64,000 nucleotides of DNA, from IMG/VR virus record IMGVR_UViG_3300034060_000856, positions 34,694-98,693 of that record; one strand, written 5' to 3'. A model generated the notes under the pieces. It saw only the letters and a list, made by a program, of their open reading frames with translations, searched no databases and was not told the origin of the DNA. Below, one piece after another: positions 37,447-46,533 of the stretch (the stretch's first letter is position 1; every line of letters starts with the position of its first letter). This DNA comes from a virus. The position numbers and the translations under genes were made by a program.

Positions 37447-39612
37447 ATGGCAGAAATAATTATAACAGATCCGGTTGGTGGTAAGTCAACAACAGTAAGA
37501 TGTGGTTTATGTAATACGGCGTTAGGACCTAATTCGGTTGTTCTTGCCGGTAAATTTAATATAAATGAAGGAACTTGGTCATCAATACTTGGTGGTACTT
37601 ATAATGTATTAAAAGATACATCAAGTCACTCAATAATTGGAAATGGTAAATTAAATAGTTCTGACCAAAATTATGCAGTAATTGGTGGTGGTGTGTATAA
37701 CACTATTTCTGGTTCTTACTCAACGATAAGTGGTGGTAGAAGTAACACTATGACGTGTAATTCTAGGTATTCTGGGATTAATGGTGGTAGATTGAACATT
37801 ATAAACTCATTTTACGGGTCTATTGTTGGTGGGTGTTTAAATTCTGTAAGTGGTAGAAATGATATTATTGGTGGTGGGTGTTGTAATATTACAACTTGCG
37901 ATTCCGAATCATCAACAATTACTGGTGGTGAAAACAATATTTCAAACGGTTATGGTATGTCAATTAATGGTGGTTATGGAAATTCTGGTTCAGGGTATTT
38001 TAACAACCTATCAGGTGCTGAAAATACTGGTGACGCAATGTTTGGTAATGTATCCGGTTTTCAAAACACAGTTTCAAACGCTTACGAATCAACAATTAAT
38101 GGTGGTTTTGCAAACACTATTGAGTCATATACCTTTTCTTGTTTTCACACAATTGGTGGTGGTAAACAAAATACAATTACTTCATTATATGGATCAACAA
38201 TTGCCGGTGGTAGATTTAATAATTCGTCTGAAATATTCTCAACAGTATCCGGTGGATATTTTAATACCGTAACAGGTTCATATTCTTCTATATTAGGTGG
38301 TTGTCAAAATACGGTTACTTGTTCTAATTCATTTATTTTATCATCTAATTCATTACTTACAGGTCAAAATTCAGTAATTTTGGGTGGGATTTCAGTTACT
38401 GGAACTGCGGACAACACCGTTTATATTCCAAAACTTAATGTTTCATCAACATCTGGATTCCCAACATATAAATTAGGTATTGATTATGACAATAATGTTG
38501 TCACATACACGGGTGATGCACTTAATGATATAATAATCAAAGAATCTGTTGGTATACAATCAACAGTAAGAACTGATTTATCAAATACCGCAAGTGGTTA
38601 TCAATCATCAGTATTAGGAGGTGGACTTAACACCGCAACCGGTGATTATAGTACTATTGGTGGTGGTACAACTAATTTAGCAATAGGTTTAGGCTCAAAT
38701 GTTAGTGGCGGACAAGCAAACACATCATCACAATCATCATTTATTGGTGGTGGAGGAGGAAACTTCGCTGGTGAGTTTGGTTCAATATCAAGTATTAGTG
38801 CCGTAACAAGTGCGAGTTCTATTACAGATGGTATCTACATAGTCTCAACAACTGGAACGTCGTTAGGTTTTGGTGCGTTATTCTCAATACAGTTTTCTTC
38901 TGACACAATTGTAGATATAACAATTGATAACCCAGGTTTTAATTACCTAACTGGTGATACATTAACCGTACCTGGCTACGCGTTTGGTGGATCCAGTCCA
39001 GCGGATGATGTTATAATTACAGCTTTATCTACAACAACTAACCAATACAATGTTGTTGATGGTGGTTTTGCAAATGTAATTAAAGGTAATTATTCAAAAG
39101 TTGGTGGTGGAAGTTTAAATACCGTATCTGGTGATTACTCATCAACAATTGGTGGAACACAACAACAAATTATTGGTGATTTATCAAGTGCGATTTCATC
39201 AAGTGGTGTTACAATTTCTGGTGATAGTATTGTTGTTTTAGGTGTAAATGATATTACAGCAACAACTAGTAATACAGTTTATTTACCTAGTGTTGAAATG
39301 ACCGGTTCTTTAAGTAGAAATATCACTACAGTAGACGCAACCATTGATCCAAATTTAATAGGTTCTGATAGTATTGTTTTTTATGAAACACCAAGTCCTG
39401 GTGGGACTATTTACTTACCAGCAGCAAAACCAGGTAAAGAAATTATCCTAATTAGGATAGGGAATACAAATTCAGCTTTTGTAGCTGGTACTGGTTCAGC
39501 TAAAATAAATGGAGTTGGTATAGCTCAAAACTTACCAACAGTTTTGTACACCAAAACAACATTTATTAGTAATGGTACTGACTGGTACGCTAATGATGGA
39601 TCACCAATTTAA
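37447..39612 (+). CDS. tail-fibre/adhesin-like protein with S-x-I-x-GG-x-x-N beta-roll repeats
   Basis: More than 20 STIxGGxxN units. Confidence 0.75.
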   Translation: MAEIIITDPVGGKSTTVRCGLCNTALGPNSVVLAGKFNINEGTWSSILGGTYNVLKDTSSHSIIGNGKLNSSDQNYAVIGGGVYNTISGSYSTISGGRSNTMTCNSRYSGINGGRLNIINSFYGSIVGGCLNSVSGRNDIIGGGCCNITTCDSESSTITGGENNISNGYGMSINGGYGNSGSGYFNNLSGAENTGDAMFGNVSGFQNTVSNAYESTINGGFANTIESYTFSCFHTIGGGKQNTITSLYGSTIAGGRFNNSSEIFSTVSGGYFNTVTGSYSSILGGCQNTVTCSNSFILSSNSLLTGQNSVILGGISVTGTADNTVYIPKLNVSSTSGFPTYKLGIDYDNNVVTYTGDALNDIIIKESVGIQSTVRTDLSNTASGYQSSVLGGGLNTATGDYSTIGGGTTNLAIGLGSNVSGGQANTSSQSSFIGGGGGNFAGEFGSISSISAVTSASSITDGIYIVSTTGTSLGFGALFSIQFSSDTIVDITIDNPGFNYLTGDTLTVPGYAFGGSSPADDVIITALSTTTNQYNVVDGGFANVIKGNYSKVGGGSLNTVSGDYSSTIGGTQQQIIGDLSSAISSSGVTISGDSIVVLGVNDITATTSNTVYLPSVEMTGSLSRNITTVDATIDPNLIGSDSIVFYETPSPGGTIYLPAAKPGKEIILIRIGNTNSAFVAGTGSAKINGVGIAQNLPTVLYTKTTFISNGTDWYANDGSPI

Positions 39613-39686
39613 AATTATTTTTTTAAAATTATTTGACTCATAAATAAAATTATTGTAAGTTTGTAATATATTTAAAAACAAACAAA

Positions 39687-39836
39687 ATGAGTGAGACACA
39701 AAATGAAGTATTAGACGTTGAGATCTACGGATATGTAAACGCTGAAGGACAAAGAGTTTTTACACCAAATTTAGAGTTTGCCCACATTATGGCAACAAAA
39801 TACGGTACAGAACATGTCTTTATAGAAAAAAAATAA
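39687..39836 (+). CDS. small hypothetical protein (49 aa)
   Basis: MSETQNEVLDVEIYGYVNAEGQRVFTPN; TTTG-N-TAAGTTTG promoter upstream. Confidence 0.55.
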   Translation: MSETQNEVLDVEIYGYVNAEGQRVFTPNLEFAHIMATKYGTEHVFIEKK

Positions 39837-39854
39837 AAAAAATTTACAAAAAGA

Positions 39855-39925
39855 TTTGACAAATCAAAAAAAATGTCTTAACTTTGTAAAACAATTCGGA
39901 AATGACCGAATACGTTCTTTGAAAA
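39855..39925 (+). promoter_or_regulatory. host-type promoter followed by boxB-like hairpin and boxA-like element
   Basis: TTTG(39855)-N20-TAACTTTG(39879); ttcgg-aaatga-ccgaa; GTTCTTTGAAAA at 39914. Confidence 0.65.
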
Positions 39926-40776
39926 ATGAATTATCCTTTCAGGAGTAAGTAATGAAACTGATAAAGATATTGGGCCGTGTATAGTCCATAAAATAAACTG
40001 GGAAACCAGGATAAAGTGAGTAAGTTGTGTTAACTTATTTGCGGTTTAGGCAACTGAACTTGAGTACACAAGCGGGATACCGTTTAATCTTTAGTACCGA
40101 GGGCAACGCTGTAGGGAAAGTGGTTAGGTGAATTGGCAATGTGGGTTGTCAGTTTGAGATGGGAACATCAATAGGAATAACCCGTAGGAATTATGCAAAA
40201 AATAGAGTTATCCAATTTTATTATTGCGTGTTCCAGTATCATAGGATACTTAAAACCGAAAGGTATGTTGATGTACAGGTGGTGCTGTTATTAACCTTGA
40301 TTAAGTCTTACCAAAGATTTGATTTCGAAGTAGTCTAGAAATATTGAGATGGGGACATTTCACAGAGTAGTTGAGTATCGATTCGTCCAAAAGATGAATT
40401 GGCTCGGTTGACAGACCACTACTTTGATAATCCACAACACAACATTTATTACATATGGATGTAAATCATAAAATAATAATGGAAAAGTGTCTGTCAGGTT
40501 TGGATGAAAGGTGACTACATAGTAATGAGCCGTTCATTGCACACAAGGATCCCAAGTCTGAGTGTAATTATCCGAAAAACCTTTAGTCCCGCAAGGACGA
40601 ACTGGGGAGGCATCCTCAAAAAGAGTCAAGTAAGATGAGAGTAATTCAAACCTCAAGGAGTGGTAAACCTAAAAGACCGTCACTGGGAAATACTTCTCAA
40701 AAGGAAGTGGATACGAAGGGAAACAATAATCCTTCCAAAGGTTCTCAATCACAGGTGTAATCTCAACCTTTTTTTT
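39914..40776 (+). ncRNA. giant structured non-coding RNA, GOLLD-like
   Basis: ~860 nt, GC-richer than flanks, no credible ORF, many hairpins incl. GNRA loops (ctgg-gaaa-ccag, gatg-ggaa-catc, acc-gaaa-ggt), own promoter, ends in hairpin plus U-tract; family call from size and context only. Confidence 0.7.
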
Positions 40777-40888
40777 AAAATTTAAGATCTTATTAAAAAA
40801 AATTAGGGGTAACAAGTTGTTACCCTTTCCTTTTTACAAAAAATTTGATATATATTAGTATAATAAACTTTAATTAATCTTATTCAAA

Positions 40889-41047
40889 ATGAAAAAATTA
40901 TTTTTAATTTCTTTAACAATTTTCTCGACAATTTCTCTTATGACATCTTGTGGTGAAAACGGAACTGGAAACGCAACAGCTAACGCAACACCAGAAGCGA
41001 CTGTTGAAGCTACGGCCGTTGTAAAAGATACTACTGCTACTAAGTAA
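40889..41047 (+). CDS. small lipoprotein (52 aa, absent from ORF track)
   Basis: MKKLFLISLTIFSTISLMTSCGEN..., A/T-rich tail. Confidence 0.7.
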   Translation: MKKLFLISLTIFSTISLMTSCGENGTGNATANATPEATVEATAVVKDTTATK

Positions 41048-41068
41048 TTAGGATATGTCCTAAAAAAG

Positions 41069-41097
41069 AAAACCCACTTCAAAAGAGTGGGTTTTTT
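41069..41097. terminator. bidirectional intrinsic terminator
   Basis: aaaacccactt-caaaa-gagtgggtttttt between convergent lipoprotein gene and tmRNA. Confidence 0.75.
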
Positions 41098-41100
41098 AAT

Positions 41101-41508
41101 TGGTGGATCCGGAGAGTTTCGAACTCTCGTCCGGCTCGTTTTGTCTAAAAGACAACTACATGCTTAGGTTGGTATTTTCTAATACCCCAAAATATTTGGT
41201 TTTAATTTGACCAAAAACAAAGTTGATCTGTTCTTCACCATCGTAAATCAACAACCAATGGACGACTCGATTTCGGGTTCAGTCGTATTCCACCTTAGTC
41301 ACTTCTGTTCCTGAGCGTATGTGAACCGGCTCGCGTTTCCGTAAACTTATTAAGCTACAGTAACTTCAGAACCTCTTAGTAAACCAAGAGTTTCCATTTT
41401 GTTTAGCAAATTGCCAGTTGTTTTTCTAAATCAGTTTTTAACGAGATTAATTCAGTCTCGGCATGCGTCTAAAATTCAACCAACGCCCGTCAATTCCAAT
41501 ACGGACCC
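41101..41508 (-). ncRNA. ssrA: tmRNA
   Basis: 5' GGGTCCG pairs with 3' CGGATCC-ACCA (G3.U70); GGAATTGAC and GGAC-GAGAG-TTCGAAA-CTCTC; tag ORF 41415..41353 GNLLNKMETLGLLRGSEVTVA then TAA TAA. Confidence 0.93.
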
Positions 41509-41511
41509 ATA

Positions 41512-41561
41512 TTTTCAAAGAACTATACACAAATATAAGCATATTTTTAAATAAATACAAA
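41512..41561 (-). promoter_or_regulatory. host-type promoter plus boxA-like element for tmRNA
   Basis: Minus strand TTTG-N20-TATATTTG, then GTTCTTTGAAAA 3 nt before the tmRNA 5' end. Confidence 0.65.
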
Positions 41562-41574
41562 TATATTCAAAGTT

Positions 41575-42177
41575 TTAAGTGTTAATATTTGATAATCTGT
41601 TATTATTATGAATAACTAGTCTTGTATATCCATTTGGAAGCAACTTTATTGTTTTTGTAATCAAATTCATTTTATGGTGCATTTGTTCAAAAATAAAATG
41701 TTTATTTACTATTTGACAAAGTGATACATGCATTGATACAAAGTTATGTGAATATCTAGTCTTCATTGGTTTAATAGTCTTTGACTTAAAAAGGTATAGG
41801 TTTGGTTGACTTTGAATTAACATAGTATTAATACCCGACTGTAGTGTTTTAACTTTATTCCACTCTATTTGTATTTTTTGAATGTAATTTTCCCTCATCC
41901 AATCATCAAAATCGTGTCTTGTTTGAATCTCAAAAAAATCTTGTTGTAAAAATTTTTGAATTTCAGTAATATTTTTAAAAAATAATGTATTAATTTTGGG
42001 ATCAATTAACTCTCTAATAATTTCTTTATGTTTTTCATTAACAGTAAAACATAGTGTAAAATTTTTATTGATCTGTGAATTAATCCCAGGAAAAAATGTT
42101 TCTTTTGCAACCTTTAAATATTTTTTAAATAACTGGTCGTCTTGAAAATTTGCTCTAACAACTACAACGTGTTTCAT
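41575..42177 (-). CDS. putative glycosyltransferase (GT-A-like)
   Basis: FFPGINSQINKNF, IQTRHDFDDW (DxD), VIHNNN. Confidence 0.6.
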   Translation of the reverse strand: MKHVVVVRANFQDDQLFKKYLKVAKETFFPGINSQINKNFTLCFTVNEKHKEIIRELIDPKINTLFFKNITEIQKFLQQDFFEIQTRHDFDDWMRENYIQKIQIEWNKVKTLQSGINTMLIQSQPNLYLFKSKTIKPMKTRYSHNFVSMHVSLCQIVNKHFIFEQMHHKMNLITKTIKLLPNGYTRLVIHNNNRLSNINT

Positions 42178-42197
42178 AATTTGATATATTTATAAAT

Positions 42198-43256
42198 ATG
42201 TCTAGTAAAACTTATGAATTTTTAATGTCTTTAGCAAAAGGTGAAGAACATAGCCGCTGGGATTATCCGGACGATTTAATTTACGATGTAAAAACATCTA
42301 ATTCCGGTACCGGAACAAAAATTGTAATCGCAATTGATAAAGATGATGATTTTTTAGATATAATAGGTATTGAAGAAGAAACTAATGATAGGTGGGTTTG
42401 GAATAGGTTTTTATATTCTAATGATAACTACGACACATACCAGTATAACGATGACTGGAATGAAGGATACTTAATCAACAATTTTAATGAAGAAAATGTT
42501 GATCGAGTAAATGAAATTTTAAAATATACAAACCCAACCTTGAAATTAGATTTGGATAGTGAAAATTCGCGAACTAACGTTTCTCGTTTTTTACAGTCAA
42601 CGTTTGAAAGTGAGGTTAATGATATTATCTATGAATATATGGTTTTAGACACGGATTGTAAAACGCGGGCAATTAAAGAAGTACTTGTAAAAGAAACTTC
42701 TAATCCGTTTAGTAGGTTTGGTATTATAGAAATAACGCACGCATACAAATACGAAACAACTGTAGGTATCCTACTTAGTTTGTATAAAATGATGAAAGCA
42801 GAAGATGACGATTTAAAAGAGTTGTTAAGAAAAATTGATGAAAAATACAATTCAAATGTTGATAGAGGTGGTTGGGATGAACTGGAGTATAATGTGTATT
42901 GTGATGACTTTGATACTGAGGAACTTCAAAGAAAGATTGAGACTGAACTTGAGAGTATGTTAGAAAAAGCACAAGAAAATTTGAGTGATGGGGGTGATTT
43001 TGAAGAATATAATAAATTATATAGTAAAGTTATGTCTCTTGGTGGATTTGAAAAGCTTATTGACATACCAGAAAAGGGGATTCAGGTAATTTTTGAAAAA
43101 ATAGATCCGGATACAAATAAACTTGTTTTCAAATTATATAAAAGTACGGGGTCACTTGAGAAACGTTCTGTTGACAACCTAGAAGATCTAAATTTAGAAC
43201 TGTACCACCCAGAGTTATTTGAAAGTATTAGAAATATATTAAAAAAACTTTTGTAA
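42198..43256 (+). CDS. acidic hypothetical protein
   Basis: ORF; TATTTAT upstream. Confidence 0.6.
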   Translation: MSSKTYEFLMSLAKGEEHSRWDYPDDLIYDVKTSNSGTGTKIVIAIDKDDDFLDIIGIEEETNDRWVWNRFLYSNDNYDTYQYNDDWNEGYLINNFNEENVDRVNEILKYTNPTLKLDLDSENSRTNVSRFLQSTFESEVNDIIYEYMVLDTDCKTRAIKEVLVKETSNPFSRFGIIEITHAYKYETTVGILLSLYKMMKAEDDDLKELLRKIDEKYNSNVDRGGWDELEYNVYCDDFDTEELQRKIETELESMLEKAQENLSDGGDFEEYNKLYSKVMSLGGFEKLIDIPEKGIQVIFEKIDPDTNKLVFKLYKSTGSLEKRSVDNLEDLNLELYHPELFESIRNILKKLL

Positions 43257-43284
43257 ATCAAAATATTCTTTATACATTTGTTGT

Positions 43285-44070
43285 ATGGAAAGAAATTTTG
43301 AATTACTAAAAAAGGTATTGTCTGTCCCAACAAAGACTTATCAAGAAGATTTAATGATTGATTTTATTACAACTTGGTTGGACGAAAATCACATACCTTA
43401 TTATGTAGATAATTTTTATAATATCTACGCAACAAAACAAACTGATGAAAATACCCAGTATTTTCCTTGTGTTGTTGCACACACAGACACGGTACATACG
43501 ATTGATTCTATCAACGTTGTTGAGGAAATGTTACCCAATGCTCAAAAAGAAATTAAACTGTCCTTAAAAGCGTATAATGATAGTGGTGAACCAACCGGTA
43601 TTGGTGGTGATGATAAATGTGGTGTCTATGGTTGTCTTGAGTTATTAAAAGAATTACCCAATTTAAAAGCCGCATTTTTTGTTGCGGAAGAAACTGGTTG
43701 TAAAGGTTCTTTTAATGCTGATCCCAAGTTTTTTGAAAATGTCGGTTATGCAATACAGTTTGATGCACCAGAAAATAATATGATTTCAGAGTATCTTATG
43801 TCAAAACCTATGTTTAATAGAGAATCGGAATTTTTTAATGTTGGTGGTCGTTTAATAACAGAACATTTTCCAGGTGATACCAAATACCATAAACACCCCT
43901 ACACCGACATTTTCCCTTTAAACCAAAATTTTGGTCTATCTTGTTTTAATATTTCAATCGGTTATTACAACTATCACACAAGAAATGAATATGTTGTTGT
44001 GGAAGATACCTATAATGGTATTAAAGTTGGTAAACTAATGATAGAAGAACTTGGGTATACCAAACATTAA
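43285..44070 (+). CDS. M20/M28-clan zinc peptidase
   Basis: VAHTDTV, GIGGDDKCG, AEETGC, GYYNYHT..E; TACATTTG promoter upstream. Confidence 0.8.
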   Translation: MERNFELLKKVLSVPTKTYQEDLMIDFITTWLDENHIPYYVDNFYNIYATKQTDENTQYFPCVVAHTDTVHTIDSINVVEEMLPNAQKEIKLSLKAYNDSGEPTGIGGDDKCGVYGCLELLKELPNLKAAFFVAEETGCKGSFNADPKFFENVGYAIQFDAPENNMISEYLMSKPMFNRESEFFNVGGRLITEHFPGDTKYHKHPYTDIFPLNQNFGLSCFNISIGYYNYHTRNEYVVVEDTYNGIKVGKLMIEELGYTKH

Positions 44071-44086
44071 CAAAAAGGGAGGGTTT

Positions 44087-46147
44087 TTAATCCTCCTTTT
44101 TCTTTCTTCCTTTTTTCTTTGGTTCTGGTTTTGACCTATCTTCAATTTCTATTGTTTGGTCTTCACCTTCTCCTTTTACAAATAACATATATTCTTTTTC
44201 TTCCAAAACTTCATTTGTTAATATTTTTTCTGAAATAAGATCTTCTATTTTATCCTGTATTGCACGTTTAATTGGTCTAGCACCATATTGTTCATCAAAA
44301 CCAACTTTAGCTATTAAATCAATAACAGACGACTCATAAGAAACCTTATATCTCATTGCAGCAAGCCTAGATATCAACTTATCAATTTCAAGTTTTACAA
44401 TTTTATCAATGTGTTCTTTCACTAAAGAATTAAAAATAACAACATCGTCAATTCTATTTAAAAATTCTGGTGCAAAAAACTTACGTAATTCTTTCTTCAA
44501 AACATCTCGTTTATATTCTTCTTGAACCGCCTCACTACTATTACTCGTTTTAAAACCAACACCGCTTCCAAAATCTTGAACTCTTCTAACCCCAATGTTT
44601 GAAGTCATAATAATCAAACAGTTTTTAAAATTAATTTTCCTACCTAGACCGTCTGTCATATGTCCATCATCTAACATTTGAAGTAGTGTTGAGAATATGT
44701 CTTTATTTGCTTTCTCAATCTCATCAAAAAGAATGACACAGTACGGTTTATTTTTTACCTGTTCTGTTAATTGTCCCCCTTCTTCGTGACCAACGTATCC
44801 TGGAGGAGAACCAATAAGTCTTGATATTGTGTGTTTTTCTTGATATTCAGACATATCAACACGAATCAAACTATCTTCGCTACCAAAAATTTCTTTCGCT
44901 AGTTTTTTCGCTAAGAATGTTTTACCAACACCGGTTGATCCTAGAAATATAAATGAACCAATTGGTCTATTTGGATCCTTAATCCCAACCCTATTTCGTC
45001 TAATTGCTTTTGATATTTTTTTAACGGCTTCTTCTTGACCAATCACATAGTCGTTAAGGGAGTCTTCTAAATTAACAAGTGAATTTTTTTCATCAATGTT
45101 AATTTTATTAACTGGTATTTTGGTCATATTTGAGACAACCTCATAGATCAAATCTTCTGGAATACCACGTTTACTAGTCCTTAACCCATCTTCAAATTTC
45201 TTTTTTTCTTCGTCAAGTTTCATTAAGATACTTTTTTCACGATCACGAAGTTCTGCCGCCATTTCATACTTTTGTTTTTTAATAACATCGGCTTTTTCTT
45301 GTTTTATATCAACAGCTTCTTGTTTTAATATCTCAATGTGTTCAGGAAGTTTAATATCAATTTGCATACGTGAACCAACCTCATCTAAAATATCAAATGC
45401 TTTATCTGGAAATTCACGATCGGTAATATATCTATCAGCTAACTCAACACACAACCAAAGTGATTCATCTGTATAATGTACTTTGTGGTGTTCTTCGTAT
45501 TTTTCCTTACTTTGTTTTAGAATTTGAAATGTTTCTTCTTTGGTGGAGGGGTCAACAATAATTTTTTGAAATCTTCTTTCTAAAGCTCCGTCTTTTTCAA
45601 AATGTTTTCTGTATTCGTCAAGTGTTGTGGCACCGATACATTGTATTTCTCCCCTAGATAGGGCTGGTTTAAAGATATTTGACGCGTCAAGTGACCCAGA
45701 ACTATTACCAGCACCAACCATTGTGTGGATTTCATCAATAAAAATTATAATGTTTGGGGTTGCCTGTAATTCTTCAATAATTACTTTCATTCGTTCCTCA
45801 AATTGTCCACGATATTTTGTACCGGCAACAATAGAATTAATATCTAAAGATACAATCCGTTTATCTGCTAAATTTTTTGGACATTCCCCACTATGGATCA
45901 TCATTGCAAGACCCTCAACAATTGCCGTTTTACCAGCACCGGGTTCACCAATGATAATTGGGTTATTTTTCTTTCTTCTAGATAATACTTGAGCAATACG
46001 TAAGATTTCTTTTTGTCTACCAATTACTGGGTCCAATTTACCTTGCTCCGCTGCTTTTATTAAATCTTTACTGAAATTATCTAAAACTGGTGTACCACCG
46101 TCTTTTTTCTTTCCTTTATCACCATCGTCTATAAATTCTATTGCCAT
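44087..46147 (-). CDS. clpC: ClpC-like AAA+ ATPase lacking the N-terminal domain
   Basis: GKLDPVIGR, GEPGAGKT, short UVR-type M domain (KQKYEMAAELRD), GSTGVGKT, ClpP-docking-like VGF loop. Confidence 0.88.
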   Translation of the reverse strand: MAIEFIDDGDKGKKKDGGTPVLDNFSKDLIKAAEQGKLDPVIGRQKEILRIAQVLSRRKKNNPIIIGEPGAGKTAIVEGLAMMIHSGECPKNLADKRIVSLDINSIVAGTKYRGQFEERMKVIIEELQATPNIIIFIDEIHTMVGAGNSSGSLDASNIFKPALSRGEIQCIGATTLDEYRKHFEKDGALERRFQKIIVDPSTKEETFQILKQSKEKYEEHHKVHYTDESLWLCVELADRYITDREFPDKAFDILDEVGSRMQIDIKLPEHIEILKQEAVDIKQEKADVIKKQKYEMAAELRDREKSILMKLDEEKKKFEDGLRTSKRGIPEDLIYEVVSNMTKIPVNKINIDEKNSLVNLEDSLNDYVIGQEEAVKKISKAIRRNRVGIKDPNRPIGSFIFLGSTGVGKTFLAKKLAKEIFGSEDSLIRVDMSEYQEKHTISRLIGSPPGYVGHEEGGQLTEQVKNKPYCVILFDEIEKANKDIFSTLLQMLDDGHMTDGLGRKINFKNCLIIMTSNIGVRRVQDFGSGVGFKTSNSSEAVQEEYKRDVLKKELRKFFAPEFLNRIDDVVIFNSLVKEHIDKIVKLEIDKLISRLAAMRYKVSYESSVIDLIAKVGFDEQYGARPIKRAIQDKIEDLISEKILTNEVLEEKEYMLFVKGEGEDQTIEIEDRSKPEPKKKGRKKKED

Positions 46148-46262
46148 AATCTTTTTCTTCAAAATTTAGGTATAAAATTACGGTATGTCAACAATTTAAA
46201 AACCGAGTATTATATACAATTAAGTTTGGGTTACTATAATATTTATTATAAAATTTTAGATT

Positions 46263-46508
46263 ATGGCAATTTTAAAGGAAGAAATCAAAGGAACAAAAAT
46301 TATCAATGAAATTGAGTCGTCAAATATTGTAAAAACAGAATACGACACTGCGACAAAAAAATTAGTTACAGAATTTAAAAATGGTATTCGTTATGAATAT
46401 GACGATGTACCACACCAGTTATATACGTCATTTAGAACTGCAAAATCACAAGGAAGTTTTTTTAATACAAACATTTCAAAAATTTTTAAATATAAGAAAT
46501 TGAGTTAA
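46263..46508 (+). CDS. KTSC-domain protein
   Basis: ESSNIVKTEYD...EFKNGIRYEYDDVP...SQGSFFNTNI. Confidence 0.85.
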   Translation: MAILKEEIKGTKIINEIESSNIVKTEYDTATKKLVTEFKNGIRYEYDDVPHQLYTSFRTAKSQGSFFNTNISKIFKYKKLS

Positions 46509-46533
46509 TTCATTTTTCTAATATTTATAACTA

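Noticed and set aside
40141-40338. 65-aa ORF inside the giant RNA
   Set aside because: Non-ATG start, no AT-rich leader, lies within paired helices.
39914-40776. rRNA fragment, RNase P RNA or group I/II intron
   Set aside because: No recognisable rRNA universal motifs, RNase P P4 signature or intron core by eye, and it is not inserted in a gene. A covariance search is still needed.
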